Shown: positions 50,277 through 60,658 of the stretch, one piece after another | Layout of the letters: each line of letters starts with the position of its first letter | Position numbering within the stretch: the stretch's first letter is position 1 | Assembly (NCBI GenBank): GCA_041641295.1 | Contig: JBEPYO010000001.1 | Span: forward strand, 1,056,001-1,120,000 | Origin: Nitrososphaerota archaeon | GTDB taxonomy: Archaea; Thermoproteota; Nitrososphaeria_A; Caldarchaeales; Calditenuaceae | DNA length: 64,000 nt | Reading direction: 5' to 3' | Translations under genes and position numbers: made by a program | Notes under the pieces: model-generated | Told to the model about the DNA's origin: nothing | Databases searched by the model: none | Seen by the model: the letters and a program-made list of their open reading frames with translations, nothing else

Positions 50277-51641
50277 CTATTTTGAATGGTGTAGCGTCTT
50301 GAGTACGCCGAGGAATTTGAGCCTTATGCTGGTGGGTGGGTTATCTAGTATCTCTGCTATGCTGGGCCTGGTTCTGCCAGAGTCTCCGTGTATGAGTTCC
50401 TTAACGTATAGTCCGCCGTCAGCTTCAACGTAGAACTCGACCGTGTATGAGTCTATGAGCCTTGACTCTATGTTGAGGATCCTCTTTCTCCTTAACTTCT
50501 CTCCCCTTCTCTTCAGGACTCGGGTGGGTGTTTGCTGCTCTATAACAGCTCCTCTGAGGGAGGCTTCAAGCCTAGCTAGGTCCTCACGGCTCACCGGCTT
50601 AGAAAACTGGACGGTGGCCATGTAACGCTTGGTAGACCCCTCTATCGCCTCCTTAAGCATCTTTAGGTCGTTGTGTGTGGCGGGCTTAAGTCCCTCAACC
50701 TCCACCCGCCCCTCCGAGTAACTCTTTACCGCCTCTTTCAGGGCTTCGAGGGATACCTTCCTCCTCCGAGGCATTATCAACTCGACTATGAATGGGCGTC
50801 CCGTACCCTCTACTGTCACGTCAACATCCTCTCTCCCAGCGGCATGGAACTTGTATCCAATGGCGCCTGCCAGCCGCATGGCAGGCTCACCAACATACTC
50901 GGCCACCGAGTCCGGATACACTCTTCCGCGGCCTCCGCACCTATCACACCCAGCTCCCCAGCAGGCCGAGCAGTACCAAGGTGTCTGTGGGATGTCTGCC
51001 CTGCTCTTGAAGTAATGACCATAGATGTACAGTGGAGCGGGCTTGGCCTCGGCTGTCCCCGTAAATATGTCGACTAGTATGAGCATCTCAGGTGAGGTGA
51101 AGTTGGCCGGCTTCCCCAGCGCCACCTCCAGCTTCTTCCCCACCTCTCTCGCAACCTCTTTCCTCAGAGTCTCCGACTCGGTGAGACCGAACTCCGAGAA
51201 TATCCGCTCCTCGATCGCGGCTATGTATTTGGGTACATATGCGCCGACAAGGAAGTCCTCAAACTCATAGCCTGAGACCTTCCTGACCGCCTCTGCCACG
51301 ACTGTCTCGACCACCTCGTCTGTAAGCCTGTCTAAGCAGATTGGACATGTTTTCTTCTCGACCTCTAGTCCTCGGCCAAGCGCGACATCCAGCGCCGGCC
51401 CATACCCTGACTCTGATAGGGCTTTAACAAGAGTCTCGGCTTCTTCTGGGTTCTGGTCTAGCAGGGAGCGAGCCTCCTCCAAGAGCGCCGCCTTAATATC
51501 TTCACCTGTGTTGAGAAGTTCGGAGCTGGGCCGGTTTGAGGATAGGAGCCTACCTAGACATTTGCTGCAAAGCCGGTATTTTAGAAGGATCTGCTTAGCC
51601 TTTGAGAGCGTCTCGTTCAAATTCTTTACGCCCCAGCCCAA
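50277..51641 (-). CDS. pus10: tRNA pseudouridine(54/55) synthase Pus10
   Basis: LCSKCLGR, PQTPW, HAAGREDVDV, QQTPTRV, GGLYVKELIHGD; exact start uncertain. Confidence 0.95.
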   Translation of the reverse strand: MGWGVKNLNETLSKAKQILLKYRLCSKCLGRLLSSNRPSSELLNTGEDIKAALLEEARSLLDQNPEEAETLVKALSESGYGPALDVALGRGLEVEKKTCPICLDRLTDEVVETVVAEAVRKVSGYEFEDFLVGAYVPKYIAAIEERIFSEFGLTESETLRKEVAREVGKKLEVALGKPANFTSPEMLILVDIFTGTAEAKPAPLYIYGHYFKSRADIPQTPWYCSACWGAGCDRCGGRGRVYPDSVAEYVGEPAMRLAGAIGYKFHAAGREDVDVTVEGTGRPFIVELIMPRRRKVSLEALKEAVKSYSEGRVEVEGLKPATHNDLKMLKEAIEGSTKRYMATVQFSKPVSREDLARLEASLRGAVIEQQTPTRVLKRRGEKLRRKRILNIESRLIDSYTVEFYVEADGGLYVKELIHGDSGRTRPSIAEILDNPPTSIRLKFLGVLKTLHHSK

Positions 51642-52944
51642 GGAGGAGGTCCCGCGGCATCCTGCCGGCGCTACGCTTCAGCGTCTTCATCAGCCGCCTA
51701 GTCTCGTTATACCTCTTGATTAGTTGTTTAACATCCCTTTCAGTCACGCCTGCGCCCCTCGCGATTCTTCTGGCCCTCGACGAGTCTATTATTGCAGGGT
51801 CTCGCCTCTCCTCGGGTGTCATAGAATTCACCACTGCCTCCCACTTCTTCACCTGCTCCTCAAGCCCCTCAATGTCTATCGACTTGGCCTTGGGGAGTGG
51901 GAGCATTGAGAGGAGTTTGTCGAGAGGCCCCATCTTGGCGACCTCTTTCAACTGGTTTATCATGTCGGTGAGCGTGAATCGCCCACTCATCATCTTCTCC
52001 GCCGCGTCCTCGGATATACTCACCTCTGCGAGCTTCACCCTCTCAACGAGGCCGGCTATGTCGGGCATGCCGAGGAGCCGCGCCAAATATCTGTCGGCTG
52101 AGAATGTCTCTATGTCTTCTAGGTGCTCTCCTGTCCCTATGAAGCGGATGGGTGCGCCTGTTGCAGCCACTGCCGAGAGCGCGCCGCCCGCCCTAGCTGA
52201 TGTGTCCATCTTCGTTAGCATAACCCAGCCAATCTTGGCTACGCGGTTGAACGCTTCGGCTTGGCTCCTCGCCCTCTGTCCGATGGTTGCGTCCAGTACG
52301 AGGACAACCTCATCCGGACTCAGTACCTTTAGTATCTCTTCCATCTCCTTCATCAGCGAGTCTTGGTCTTTATGCCTGCCCGCCGTGTCGACTATTATTA
52401 CGTCCAGACCCATTGACTTTAGTTTCTCTATGCCCCGCCTCGCTATCGCGGTGGGGTCTGAGGAGTCTGCCTCCCCATAAACGGGGATGCCCTTGTCTTG
52501 GAGGAGTTGTTGGAGCTGTATGAAGGCTGCGGGCCTATAGGTGTCTGCGCAGACAACCCCTACCTTATACCCGTGCTTTGCCAAGTAGTATGAGAGCTTG
52601 GCGACGCTGGTTGTCTTCCCAGAGCCCTGTATGCCGACCGTCACCAGTACGTGCGGCTTGCCCCTAGGCTTGTAGGGGGGCTGGACACCCCCTAGAAGCC
52701 TCACTAGCTCTTCATAGAGTATCTTGAAGATGTGGTCCCTTCTTGAGACTCCCGGTGGCGGCCTAGTCTCGGCTGCTTTTCTCCTAATATTCTCCGAGAG
52801 CTCCATGACCAGCTCAACACTCACGTCTGCGGAGAGCAGAGCCCTCTGAATATCCCTGATAAGCTCCTCGAGGGCCTCCTTATCATGTGAAGCCTGACCC
52901 ATGAAACGGGAGACCGCCTTTCTGAGAGCCTCACCTATATCCAT
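51595..52944 (-). CDS. srp54: Signal recognition particle protein SRP54
   Basis: GIQGSGKTT, DTAGRH, TKMD, GTGE, M domain SMTPEER. Confidence 0.97.
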   Translation of the reverse strand: MDIGEALRKAVSRFMGQASHDKEALEELIRDIQRALLSADVSVELVMELSENIRRKAAETRPPPGVSRRDHIFKILYEELVRLLGGVQPPYKPRGKPHVLVTVGIQGSGKTTSVAKLSYYLAKHGYKVGVVCADTYRPAAFIQLQQLLQDKGIPVYGEADSSDPTAIARRGIEKLKSMGLDVIIVDTAGRHKDQDSLMKEMEEILKVLSPDEVVLVLDATIGQRARSQAEAFNRVAKIGWVMLTKMDTSARAGGALSAVAATGAPIRFIGTGEHLEDIETFSADRYLARLLGMPDIAGLVERVKLAEVSISEDAAEKMMSGRFTLTDMINQLKEVAKMGPLDKLLSMLPLPKAKSIDIEGLEEQVKKWEAVVNSMTPEERRDPAIIDSSRARRIARGAGVTERDVKQLIKRYNETRRLMKTLKRSAGRMPRDLLLGLGRKEFERDALKG

Positions 52945-53203
52945 CCCGCAGCCCCCACCCTACAAACTCAAGCCCCCACCCAGATTATAAAGCCAAACAA
53001 CCCACACAGCGCGCCACCACCAGCCAATAAACACGATGAGCTTTATCTCGGAGCACGTTAACTCATAAGACTAGGCGATGATGTGGGACTCAGGAAGGAT
53101 AATACCTGATGAATTCTCCTGGGGTATCTGAGCCCTTTTGGGATTAGTTCTCTTTTTCTCCATTATTATGAAGACATAAATAATATGGGACTGGGTTATT
53201 GGT

Positions 53204-53836
53204 ATGCGGCCCCAGTTATTGCTGGTTGTTGGCTTGGTTGTCGGATTGCTTATTGGAGGGGCGGCGGGTGTAGGTGCGGGCGCTTCTAGGGCGACCACTG
53301 TTTTGAGCACAGTCGAGGTTGTTAAGACCCAGCCAATCACATTGACGACTGAGGTTGTCCGCATCTCTACGGTTTCTACAGAGGTTTTGAGGCCGACAAC
53401 CATTCTAAGCACAGTAGTCCAGCAGACAACGGTTGTAAAGACTACCACTATCGGGGTAGTGGTCATAGGTGGGAAACCCGTGGACTTGGTGGCGAGGGCC
53501 TATCATGTGGTTGATGGGGATACTTTTGACACATTTCCATCCGGCCGGGTTAGGCTGGCTGATATAAACACTCCTGAACGGGGTCAGCCAGGATACTCGG
53601 AGGCCACCAATGCCCTGCGCATACTTGTCTTAGATAAGACCGTCTACCTCGACGTAGATAATGTAGAAGTTATGGACAGCTACAATAGGCTCGTGGCCCT
53701 CGTATATGTTGACTACAACTCAACACACGTCTTAAACGTAAACCTTTGGCTGGTTGTCAATGGGTATGCCGTATTCGCCGATTTCGCGAATGAGTTTAAT
53801 CCGCAGGAGTGGAGCCTCTACGTGAGAAAAGACTAG
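53204..53836 (+). CDS. Membrane-anchored thermonuclease (SNase) with Thr/Val-rich stalk
   Basis: VVDGDTF, VRLADINTPE, DSYNRLVA, VNLWLVVNGYA. Confidence 0.9.
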   Translation: MRPQLLLVVGLVVGLLIGGAAGVGAGASRATTVLSTVEVVKTQPITLTTEVVRISTVSTEVLRPTTILSTVVQQTTVVKTTTIGVVVIGGKPVDLVARAYHVVDGDTFDTFPSGRVRLADINTPERGQPGYSEATNALRILVLDKTVYLDVDNVEVMDSYNRLVALVYVDYNSTHVLNVNLWLVVNGYAVFADFANEFNPQEWSLYVRKD

Positions 53837-53838
53837 CC

Positions 53839-54396
53839 CTATTTCTTTAACAACTTCTGCAATAGCTCTGCAAGTCTCTCTCAGCCTTTATTTCGCTTGA
53901 TAGCTCGCTTACCTGGGTTAAGGTTTCCCTTATGTCGACCAATATGTTGCGCCTCTCAGCTCCTCGTAGAGCTTATTCAATTCGTCCTCGTTCACTATTA
54001 GGCTGGCTTGAATCAATATTCTCCCGCTTAAGACTGAGGGCCTCTCCCACCCTCAGCCCCGTCACAGCAAAAAAAACAGACCAAGATCTTCATCCTACCC
54101 TTAGCCGCTATAACCATTCTCTTAAGCTCTTGGACTGACAGGGCCCTGTCAACTTTCGTCGCACGCCGACGAGGAATATCGACTTTAAGCTTGATACGCC
54201 TCCAATCAAAAGCCACGCCATAAAATAGTAGCAGATGCTTCAGGGTTGAGAGATAGGTGTTACTAGTCGCCGAAGAGCGGCCCCCACCCCTCTTAACCCG
54301 ACCGACAACCACCTCAACGTCATCAACCTCCAACAACCAAAGCAACTTCCTGAGGGTTGGTCTCCTAGTCGCGTGTAGTCTCTCATCAAATTCCAC
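53839..54396 (-). pseudogene. Tyrosine recombinase/integrase remnant
   Basis: TYLSTLKH, LSVQEL; frameshift at the A8 run 54069-54076, then TGLRVGEALSL; the remaining catalytic motifs are missing. Confidence 0.8.
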
Positions 54397-54475
54397 ACAC
54401 CTACCACTGCGAAATCTTGGGCAAATCTCTGGGTAGGCCTGGGGTATCTGAGTCCTTCTCTAGGGGACCCTCTGC

Positions 54476-55708
54476 CTATCTCGCTTTTACTGGGATCTTC
54501 CTCTCAGGCATCGCTGGCGGTTTGAGCAAGAGGTTTGAGACGGCTAGACCGAGGACGCTGAGAGCAGCTACTGTCATGAAGACTGGTGAATAGTGTCCAA
54601 GTAGTTCCCATAGGGATGCCGACAGTGTTGGGCCGGCTAGTGCTGAGGCGCCATAGGCTGTGAAGACGATCCCATAGTTTACCGACAGGTTTTGTATGCC
54701 GAAGAAGAGTGATGTGGCTTTGGGTGCTAGGGCGAGCCATCCGCCGAAGACGAGCCAGAGAATCGAGTAGGAGATGAGATAGATGGGGAGAGTGCTTGCC
54801 TGTGTCGCCAGCAGAGCCGCCACTATGGACAGTAGGAAGGATATGCTTGAGACGATGTTTATCTTCATCCTGTCGGCGAGGTATCCGAACAAGGGCCTCC
54901 CAAGCCCGTTGAATACCGCAAAGACTCCTGTGGCCGCAGCTGCCAGCTCAGGGCTTAGCCTAACAACCTCCTGCCCAAACTTGGCCGCTTGGCTTATCGC
55001 AATAAATCCTCCCAGAGTTCCTAGCGCGTATGCGAGCCAGAGTCCCACAAAACTGCTCGTCCTCACCATTATGCCCGGTGTGAACTCTCTCGGCCCTACC
55101 GGCTGCTGTGTGCTGCCTCTCATCTGACCCCCACCCGTCTCGACCCTCGGAAGCATCATCAGTGGCGAGAGTGCTAGAAGTATGAGCCCATAGACTCCTC
55201 CAAGTATGATGAATGAGTTCTTCACACCTTGGCTGGCTATCAGATAATTCGCGAGTGGGGCTGTTACGAGGGGTGAGATGCCGAAGCCCAAGACAGTCAA
55301 GCCTACCGCCAACCCTCTTCTCTCAGGGATCCAGTGGCTCGATACAGTGATCGTCGAGTTATAAATCAGCGCAACCCCAGACCCCGCCATGACACCATAG
55401 AAGAGAATGACGTACAGCAACGGTGATTGCGTCTCCAGAGCAAAACCGGATAAAATCCAACCTCCACCCACTAGCAGTGCACCCAACAACGCGACACGCC
55501 TCGAACTATAGGCCCTCAAAACCCTTCCACCAAGCGGCATGCAGGCCGCAAAGAAAAGGAGAAAGATAGAGAATGGTATGCCTGACTCGAAACTACCCCA
55601 TCCGAGAAGAACCTCGAGTGGCTTCCTAAAGACACTCCAGCTATATATCGTCCCCAAAAGCAGATTGGCAACAAGACCCGCAAAGACGTAGACCCACCTA
55701 TTCACCAT
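54476..55708 (-). CDS. MFS transporter, oxalate:formate antiporter (OFA) family
   Basis: GTIYSWSVF, WIPERRGLAVG, NGLGR, NYGIVF. Confidence 0.92.
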   Translation of the reverse strand: MVNRWVYVFAGLVANLLLGTIYSWSVFRKPLEVLLGWGSFESGIPFSIFLLFFAACMPLGGRVLRAYSSRRVALLGALLVGGGWILSGFALETQSPLLYVILFYGVMAGSGVALIYNSTITVSSHWIPERRGLAVGLTVLGFGISPLVTAPLANYLIASQGVKNSFIILGGVYGLILLALSPLMMLPRVETGGGQMRGSTQQPVGPREFTPGIMVRTSSFVGLWLAYALGTLGGFIAISQAAKFGQEVVRLSPELAAAATGVFAVFNGLGRPLFGYLADRMKINIVSSISFLLSIVAALLATQASTLPIYLISYSILWLVFGGWLALAPKATSLFFGIQNLSVNYGIVFTAYGASALAGPTLSASLWELLGHYSPVFMTVAALSVLGLAVSNLLLKPPAMPERKIPVKAR

Positions 55709-56251
55709 TCGAGAACACCAGAACTTGTTGGCTGTAGTTTATATTTTAACTGTCTTTAAAAAATGCATACTATACTATAACCATGAATAATAAATAATGA
55801 AGATGAATACGATGCATCTCTTCCCAAAGATATGTTCTCAATCAGCAAAATGGTCAGCTTGAGATGACTTTTAAACAGTGTTAAGGAGTGGCTAACGGGG
55901 AAACCATCTGAATGTCCGCTTCAAATTGTGTGTGAGGCAGTGGTTAGACGCGGAGAGGGTTCTGTGAGCGGTTCCCCGCTCCTCCGGCCCAGAATCCCAC
56001 TCAATTTGGATAATAACGGCGATAATAGGCCCTCTCACTTTCACCTAAGTCTACCAAAAGAAATATAAACCATTCATATACGAACACGGCAATAGGTGTG
56101 ATTAATTGAGTAGCAGCAACCACATATTATTGGTCCACACAGGATATCTTACTTACGCCGGAAAGTTGAAGGCTCTCCGGCAGGGGGAATCATTACACCT
56201 GCCGGGGAGTTGCGCCACCTTTAGAGAAACCGGGAGCCTCCCGGAAAGGCC

Positions 56252-57490
56252 ATGTCACGGGATGTGGCATCTAGGGTTCCCCAGCAGATTGCTGAGGCGG
56301 CTTGCTCCTTGGTCGCTACACCTATAGTTGGGCAGGGGGCGGGCGGAGGTCTGCAGCTGTCTCCATCCGATAAGGCCACTTGGCTGCAGGGGGAAGGTGG
56401 GGTAAAGAAAACTCAGCGAAGACTAACACTAGAGGAGAAGGCTAAAGTCTTAGAAGCCATTAAAATTGGAGTTGAGAGGGGCTATGGGTACGGACGGATT
56501 TGGAAGACGTTGAAGGCGAGTGGGATGGATGTATCGAAGAGGACTGTCGAGTACTGGTATTACAAGAAATATCGGGGAAAGGTTGGAAGAAGAGGAGAAT
56601 ATCTCCCAAGAGAGCTGAGAATCAGGTTATATGAAGAAGCCCTGAAGATGAGAAAGGCAGGTCTTGGATACAAGAGGATTAGGAAGAGGATTGAAGAGCT
56701 GCATGGAGTCAAGCTTAGTCCTGCCGTGATTGCTGACTGGTGCAGTGGAGCACACAGCCCATACAACGGTGCAAGGATCCCCACGATAGACCATCTAAAA
56801 CCATCCCCGGAGCTCGCCTACGTAATAGGCGTGGTCGCCGGTGATGGGTGGGCGGTCAAAACCAACGCAAGGAGTGGAGAGTATAGGGTCGGAGCTAGGG
56901 CAAAGGACATTGAATTCATAGAGGAGTTCGCGAGATGCTTGGGAAAAGTTCTCGGCAGAGAGCCGCCGAGGCCGGTACCAGTGGAAGATGGGTTGCTTTT
57001 AGTATATGTTAGATCGAGGGCGCTGTACCAACTTTTACAGAAACCCATAGACATAGACAGGATAAGACGCTTCATAGAGCACTGCGAAGACTGCAAAAGA
57101 AGTTTTCTTAGAGGATTCTATGATAGCGAGGGATCTGTAGATAATGAGGGGAAGATTCGCTGCTTAAATACAGATACTAGACTTCTCAGATATGTACAGA
57201 AACTTCTGAAGCTTCTAGGCATAGAGACAACAGGGCCAAAAATCAGTGCGAGGAAGGGAACCCTCCTATTCGACAAAAAGTTGGGGGAGGCATACAAAAA
57301 GAGAAAGAATGTATACTACATCTATGTCAAAGCGCGGGATAAATTGAAATTCTACAAACTAGTAGGGTTCACCATAAGGCGAAAGCAACAACGCCTCGAA
57401 GAATATGTAAGATGTCACGGACTTCTAGAGGACGAGCCACCCAACCAACTCTTCCCCAATTCTCTCTTCCATTCAATTCGCTCACATTAA
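56252..57490 (+). CDS. Free-standing double-motif LAGLIDADG homing endonuclease with two N-terminal HTH-like repeats
   Basis: LAYVIGVVAGDG and FLRGFYDSEGS; protein-like sequence begins ~56402, so the true start is unclear. Confidence 0.9.
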   Translation: MSRDVASRVPQQIAEAACSLVATPIVGQGAGGGLQLSPSDKATWLQGEGGVKKTQRRLTLEEKAKVLEAIKIGVERGYGYGRIWKTLKASGMDVSKRTVEYWYYKKYRGKVGRRGEYLPRELRIRLYEEALKMRKAGLGYKRIRKRIEELHGVKLSPAVIADWCSGAHSPYNGARIPTIDHLKPSPELAYVIGVVAGDGWAVKTNARSGEYRVGARAKDIEFIEEFARCLGKVLGREPPRPVPVEDGLLLVYVRSRALYQLLQKPIDIDRIRRFIEHCEDCKRSFLRGFYDSEGSVDNEGKIRCLNTDTRLLRYVQKLLKLLGIETTGPKISARKGTLLFDKKLGEAYKKRKNVYYIYVKARDKLKFYKLVGFTIRRKQQRLEEYVRCHGLLEDEPPNQLFPNSLFHSIRSH

Positions 57491-57493
57491 CAG

Positions 57494-57586
57494 TGGGCCC
57501 GGAGGGATTCGAACCCTCGACCTTCCGGTCTCTCCCGCCATACCTGTTATCAGCCGGACGCTCCAGCCAGGCTGAGCTACGGGCCC
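57494..57586 (-). tRNA. tRNA-Ile(GAT) with 18-nt intron at 37/38 (57530-57547), CCA not encoded
   Basis: GGGCCCG/CGGGCCC acceptor stem, D arm GCTC/GAGC, TCCGG-CTGATA[intron]A-CCGGA, GGTTCGAATCC. Confidence 0.93.
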
Positions 57587-57874
57587 CTACGATATCCCAC
57601 GTAATATGGGCGCTATTTAGTATTTAATTTCTTTGTCCTTGAAGTAGATCTGCCCTAGATTGCGGCCTTCTTGGGTTCTCTGCTGGAAATTTACTGTTAT
57701 GGGATGACTTGGGGGGAGGCTGGTTATTTGATTTGATGCGAGATGAATAGGTGGGTTCTGAAGGAAAGTGGAGGATTGGCAAACCAATGTTTTTTACAAT
57801 GGCATTTGCCTTATCTCTGGGTGCCGGTCTTCAGGCTGGCGACGAGGTTAATACATATAGGATAAAGAGTAGGC

Positions 57875-58840
57875 ATGTTTTTGCGGGAAATGTCTGATGT
57901 TGACCGTCTTGTCGGCGATGTTATAGCTGGAGATACCAGATCGCTTGCAAAGGCTATCAGTATTGTAGAGGCGGGTAGTAGTGAAGCAGGACATATACTG
58001 TCAAGGCTCGCGAAACATGTTAGGGGCAGGCCCGTCATAGGATTCTCCGGGCCACCGGGGTCGGGTAAAAGCACTCTCATAGGCAAATTTGGCGAGTATC
58101 TGAAAGGTAATGGTTTGAAGGTCGCTGTCTTGGCGATAGACCCTTCAAGCCCCTTCACAGGTGGAGCGGTTTTAGGCGATAGGGTTAGGATGGTGTCTAT
58201 CGCGTCAGCGCCGGGTGTGTTCATCAGGAGTATGGCTACTCGCGGTGCGAGGGGTGGGGTTGTAGCCTATGTGAGGTCTGTTCTTCGCGTCCTCGATGCA
58301 GCTGGTTTTGACTTTATATTGGTGGAGACCGCAGGTGCTGGACAGACTGATGTATCCATCAACGATGTCGCAGATGTGGTGGCTATAGTTGTTACGCCCG
58401 ACATGGGTGATAGCATCCAGGCCATAAAAGCAGGTCTTCTCGAGATAGGAGACGTCTATGTCGTTAACAAGGCGGACGACTCTAGAAGCTCGTATATTGC
58501 CTCGATGCTCGAGGCCATGCTTAGTAGGGGAGGGGCCAAGCCTGTTGTCTTGAAGACGGTTGCAACGAGGGGGGAGGGCGTGGTCGAACTGGCTGAAACA
58601 TTGTTGAGGAAATGGGAGCAGCTTAAAACCGACGGCGAACTTCAAGCCAGGAGGAGGCGGCAGACCATCGCAGAGGTTGTGGCCCTAATCATGGAAGACT
58701 TTAGAACAGCGATAGAGAGATTCTCCTCAGATAAGGAGTTTATAGCGGAGGTTGAGAGGCTGACAGCAGAGGGCCTCGACCCCAAGTCTGTCGCCCGGGA
58801 AATGAGGAGCAGGGTGCTGGAATGGGTGAATAGGCTATAG
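57875..58840 (+). CDS. meaB: MeaB/ArgK GTPase chaperone of B12 mutases
   Basis: GPPGSGKST, DPSSPFTGGAVLGDRVRM, RSMATRG, VETAGAGQ, NKAD. Confidence 0.95.
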   Translation: MFLREMSDVDRLVGDVIAGDTRSLAKAISIVEAGSSEAGHILSRLAKHVRGRPVIGFSGPPGSGKSTLIGKFGEYLKGNGLKVAVLAIDPSSPFTGGAVLGDRVRMVSIASAPGVFIRSMATRGARGGVVAYVRSVLRVLDAAGFDFILVETAGAGQTDVSINDVADVVAIVVTPDMGDSIQAIKAGLLEIGDVYVVNKADDSRSSYIASMLEAMLSRGGAKPVVLKTVATRGEGVVELAETLLRKWEQLKTDGELQARRRRQTIAEVVALIMEDFRTAIERFSSDKEFIAEVERLTAEGLDPKSVAREMRSRVLEWVNRL

Positions 58841-58872
58841 TGTTTATATGCGTCTGAGCAGTATATGGATTC

Positions 58873-60651
58873 GTGGTAGGAATATCTGAGCGCCTCAGCG
58901 AGTTTAGCGCGAGGCGCCTCCCCTACTGGAGGGATAAGCTTGAAGCCCTCAGCAAGAGGCGCCAGGCCTCTCCGATGTATAGGGCTGACTTTTTGGAGAG
59001 GCTTGAACAGAGTTTTAAGGATTGGAGTAGGCGGTATGCTGAGGCAGCGGCAACCGGTGAGCGGAAGGCATTCTTTAAGACGACCTCAGGGTTTGAGGTC
59101 AAGCCCCTATACACCCCACTCGACGTTAAATGGCTCGACTATGAAAGTGACTTAGGATTTTCTGGCCAGTATCCATTCACACGCGGCGTCTACACCACAA
59201 TGTATAGGGGCAAGCTATGGACTATGAGGCAGTTCGCAGGCTTTGGAACACCAGAGGACACTAACAGGCGTTTCCGCTTCCTCTTAGAGCATGGTGAGAC
59301 CGGGCTAAGCATCGCCTTCGACACACCCACCCTCTATGGCTACGACCCCGACAACCCGAGATGTGAAGGAGAGGTTGGGAAGTGCGGAGTCTCTGTCGCC
59401 ACTGTCAGGGACATGGAGATAATTTTCGATGGGATTCCGCTGGACAAGGTGAGTGTATCGATGACGATAAACGCGCCCGCTGCTGTGCTTTTGGCCATGC
59501 TGATAGTTGTCGCCGAGAAGCAGGGGGTTCCCATGAGGCTGCTCAGGGGGACAACCCAGACAGACATCCTAAAGGAGTTCATAGCACAGAAGGAGTGGGC
59601 CTTTACACCTGAGGCACATCTCCGCATAATAAGAGACATGATGGAGTTTTGCACCCAGAACATGCCATACTGGCACTACATCAGCATCAGCGGCTACCAC
59701 ATCCGCGAGGCAGGGGCGACTGCATTGCAGGAACTCGCATTCACACTCATGGATGGATTCACCTACGTCGACCTAGGAGTCAGCTCTGGAATGAGTGTCG
59801 ACCAGTTTGCCCCGCGATTCTCATTCTTCTTCAACTCGACGATCAACTTCTTCGAGGAGATAGCGAAGTTCAGGGCGGCGAGGAAGATATGGGCGACGGT
59901 TTTGAAGGAGTTTTACGGCGCGAAAGACCCTAGGTCTATGACGCTCAGGTTCCACACACAGACCTCTGGAGCATCGCTAACATGGCAGCAGCCACTCAAC
60001 AACATAGTCAGGACAACTATAGAGGCGCTTGCGGCAGTGCTTGGGGGGACACAGTCGCTACACACAAACTCTTACGATGAGGCTTGGGCCCTTCCCACAG
60101 AGGAGGCGGTCCTCGTGGCTCTCAGAACACAGCAGATAATCGCTGAAGAGACTGGTGTTGCTGACACGATAGACCCGCTCGCTGGATCATACTATGTTGA
60201 GTGGCTGACTGAGCAGTTGGTGGAGGGCGCGCTGAAGTATTTCGAGAGGATTGACGAGCTTGGGGGAATGCTTGAGGCCATAAAGGCCGGTTACCCCCAG
60301 AGGGAGATACATGAGTCGGCCTACAGGACCCAGCTGGCCTTCGAGAGGGGAGAGGAGGTGCTGGTTGGCGTCAACAAATACACCATCCCCGACGAAAAGC
60401 CGATAAGGTATCTGGTAGTGGATGAAAAAGTTGTTAAACAGCAGGTTGAGAGGCTTCAGCAAGTGAAGAGGGAGAGAGACAATGAGAAGGTTCGAAAGGC
60501 TCTCGAAAACCTTCGGAGAGCATTTGAGGACGAAAGCGTCAACGTCATGCCCTACATAATAGAAGCAGTCAAGAGCTACGCAACGCTAGAGGAGATAATG
60601 AACGTTGGACGAGAAGTATTCGGGACCTGGAGCGAGCCCGTGATAATCTAG
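58873..60651 (+). CDS. B12-dependent acyl-CoA mutase large subunit (isobutyryl-CoA mutase-type signature)
   Basis: [45 protein letters not shown]. Confidence 0.93.
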   Translation: MVGISERLSEFSARRLPYWRDKLEALSKRRQASPMYRADFLERLEQSFKDWSRRYAEAAATGERKAFFKTTSGFEVKPLYTPLDVKWLDYESDLGFSGQYPFTRGVYTTMYRGKLWTMRQFAGFGTPEDTNRRFRFLLEHGETGLSIAFDTPTLYGYDPDNPRCEGEVGKCGVSVATVRDMEIIFDGIPLDKVSVSMTINAPAAVLLAMLIVVAEKQGVPMRLLRGTTQTDILKEFIAQKEWAFTPEAHLRIIRDMMEFCTQNMPYWHYISISGYHIREAGATALQELAFTLMDGFTYVDLGVSSGMSVDQFAPRFSFFFNSTINFFEEIAKFRAARKIWATVLKEFYGAKDPRSMTLRFHTQTSGASLTWQQPLNNIVRTTIEALAAVLGGTQSLHTNSYDEAWALPTEEAVLVALRTQQIIAEETGVADTIDPLAGSYYVEWLTEQLVEGALKYFERIDELGGMLEAIKAGYPQREIHESAYRTQLAFERGEEVLVGVNKYTIPDEKPIRYLVVDEKVVKQQVERLQQVKRERDNEKVRKALENLRRAFEDESVNVMPYIIEAVKSYATLEEIMNVGREVFGTWSEPVII

Positions 60652-60658
60652 CCGCCCC

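Larger units (their letters stand above)
53118..54457. mobile_element. Degenerate mini-element between 20-bp direct repeats
   Basis: CCTGGGGTATCTGAG(C/T)CCTT at 53118-53137 and 54438-54457, enclosing the nuclease gene and integrase remnant. Confidence 0.6.

Noticed and set aside
54069-54076. Phase-variable or programmed frameshift in the integrase
   Set aside because: Downstream catalytic motifs are deleted, so restoring the frame would not give an active enzyme.
53000-57494. Duplicated tRNA-Ile 3' end as an att site
   Set aside because: No second copy of the tRNA end was seen.
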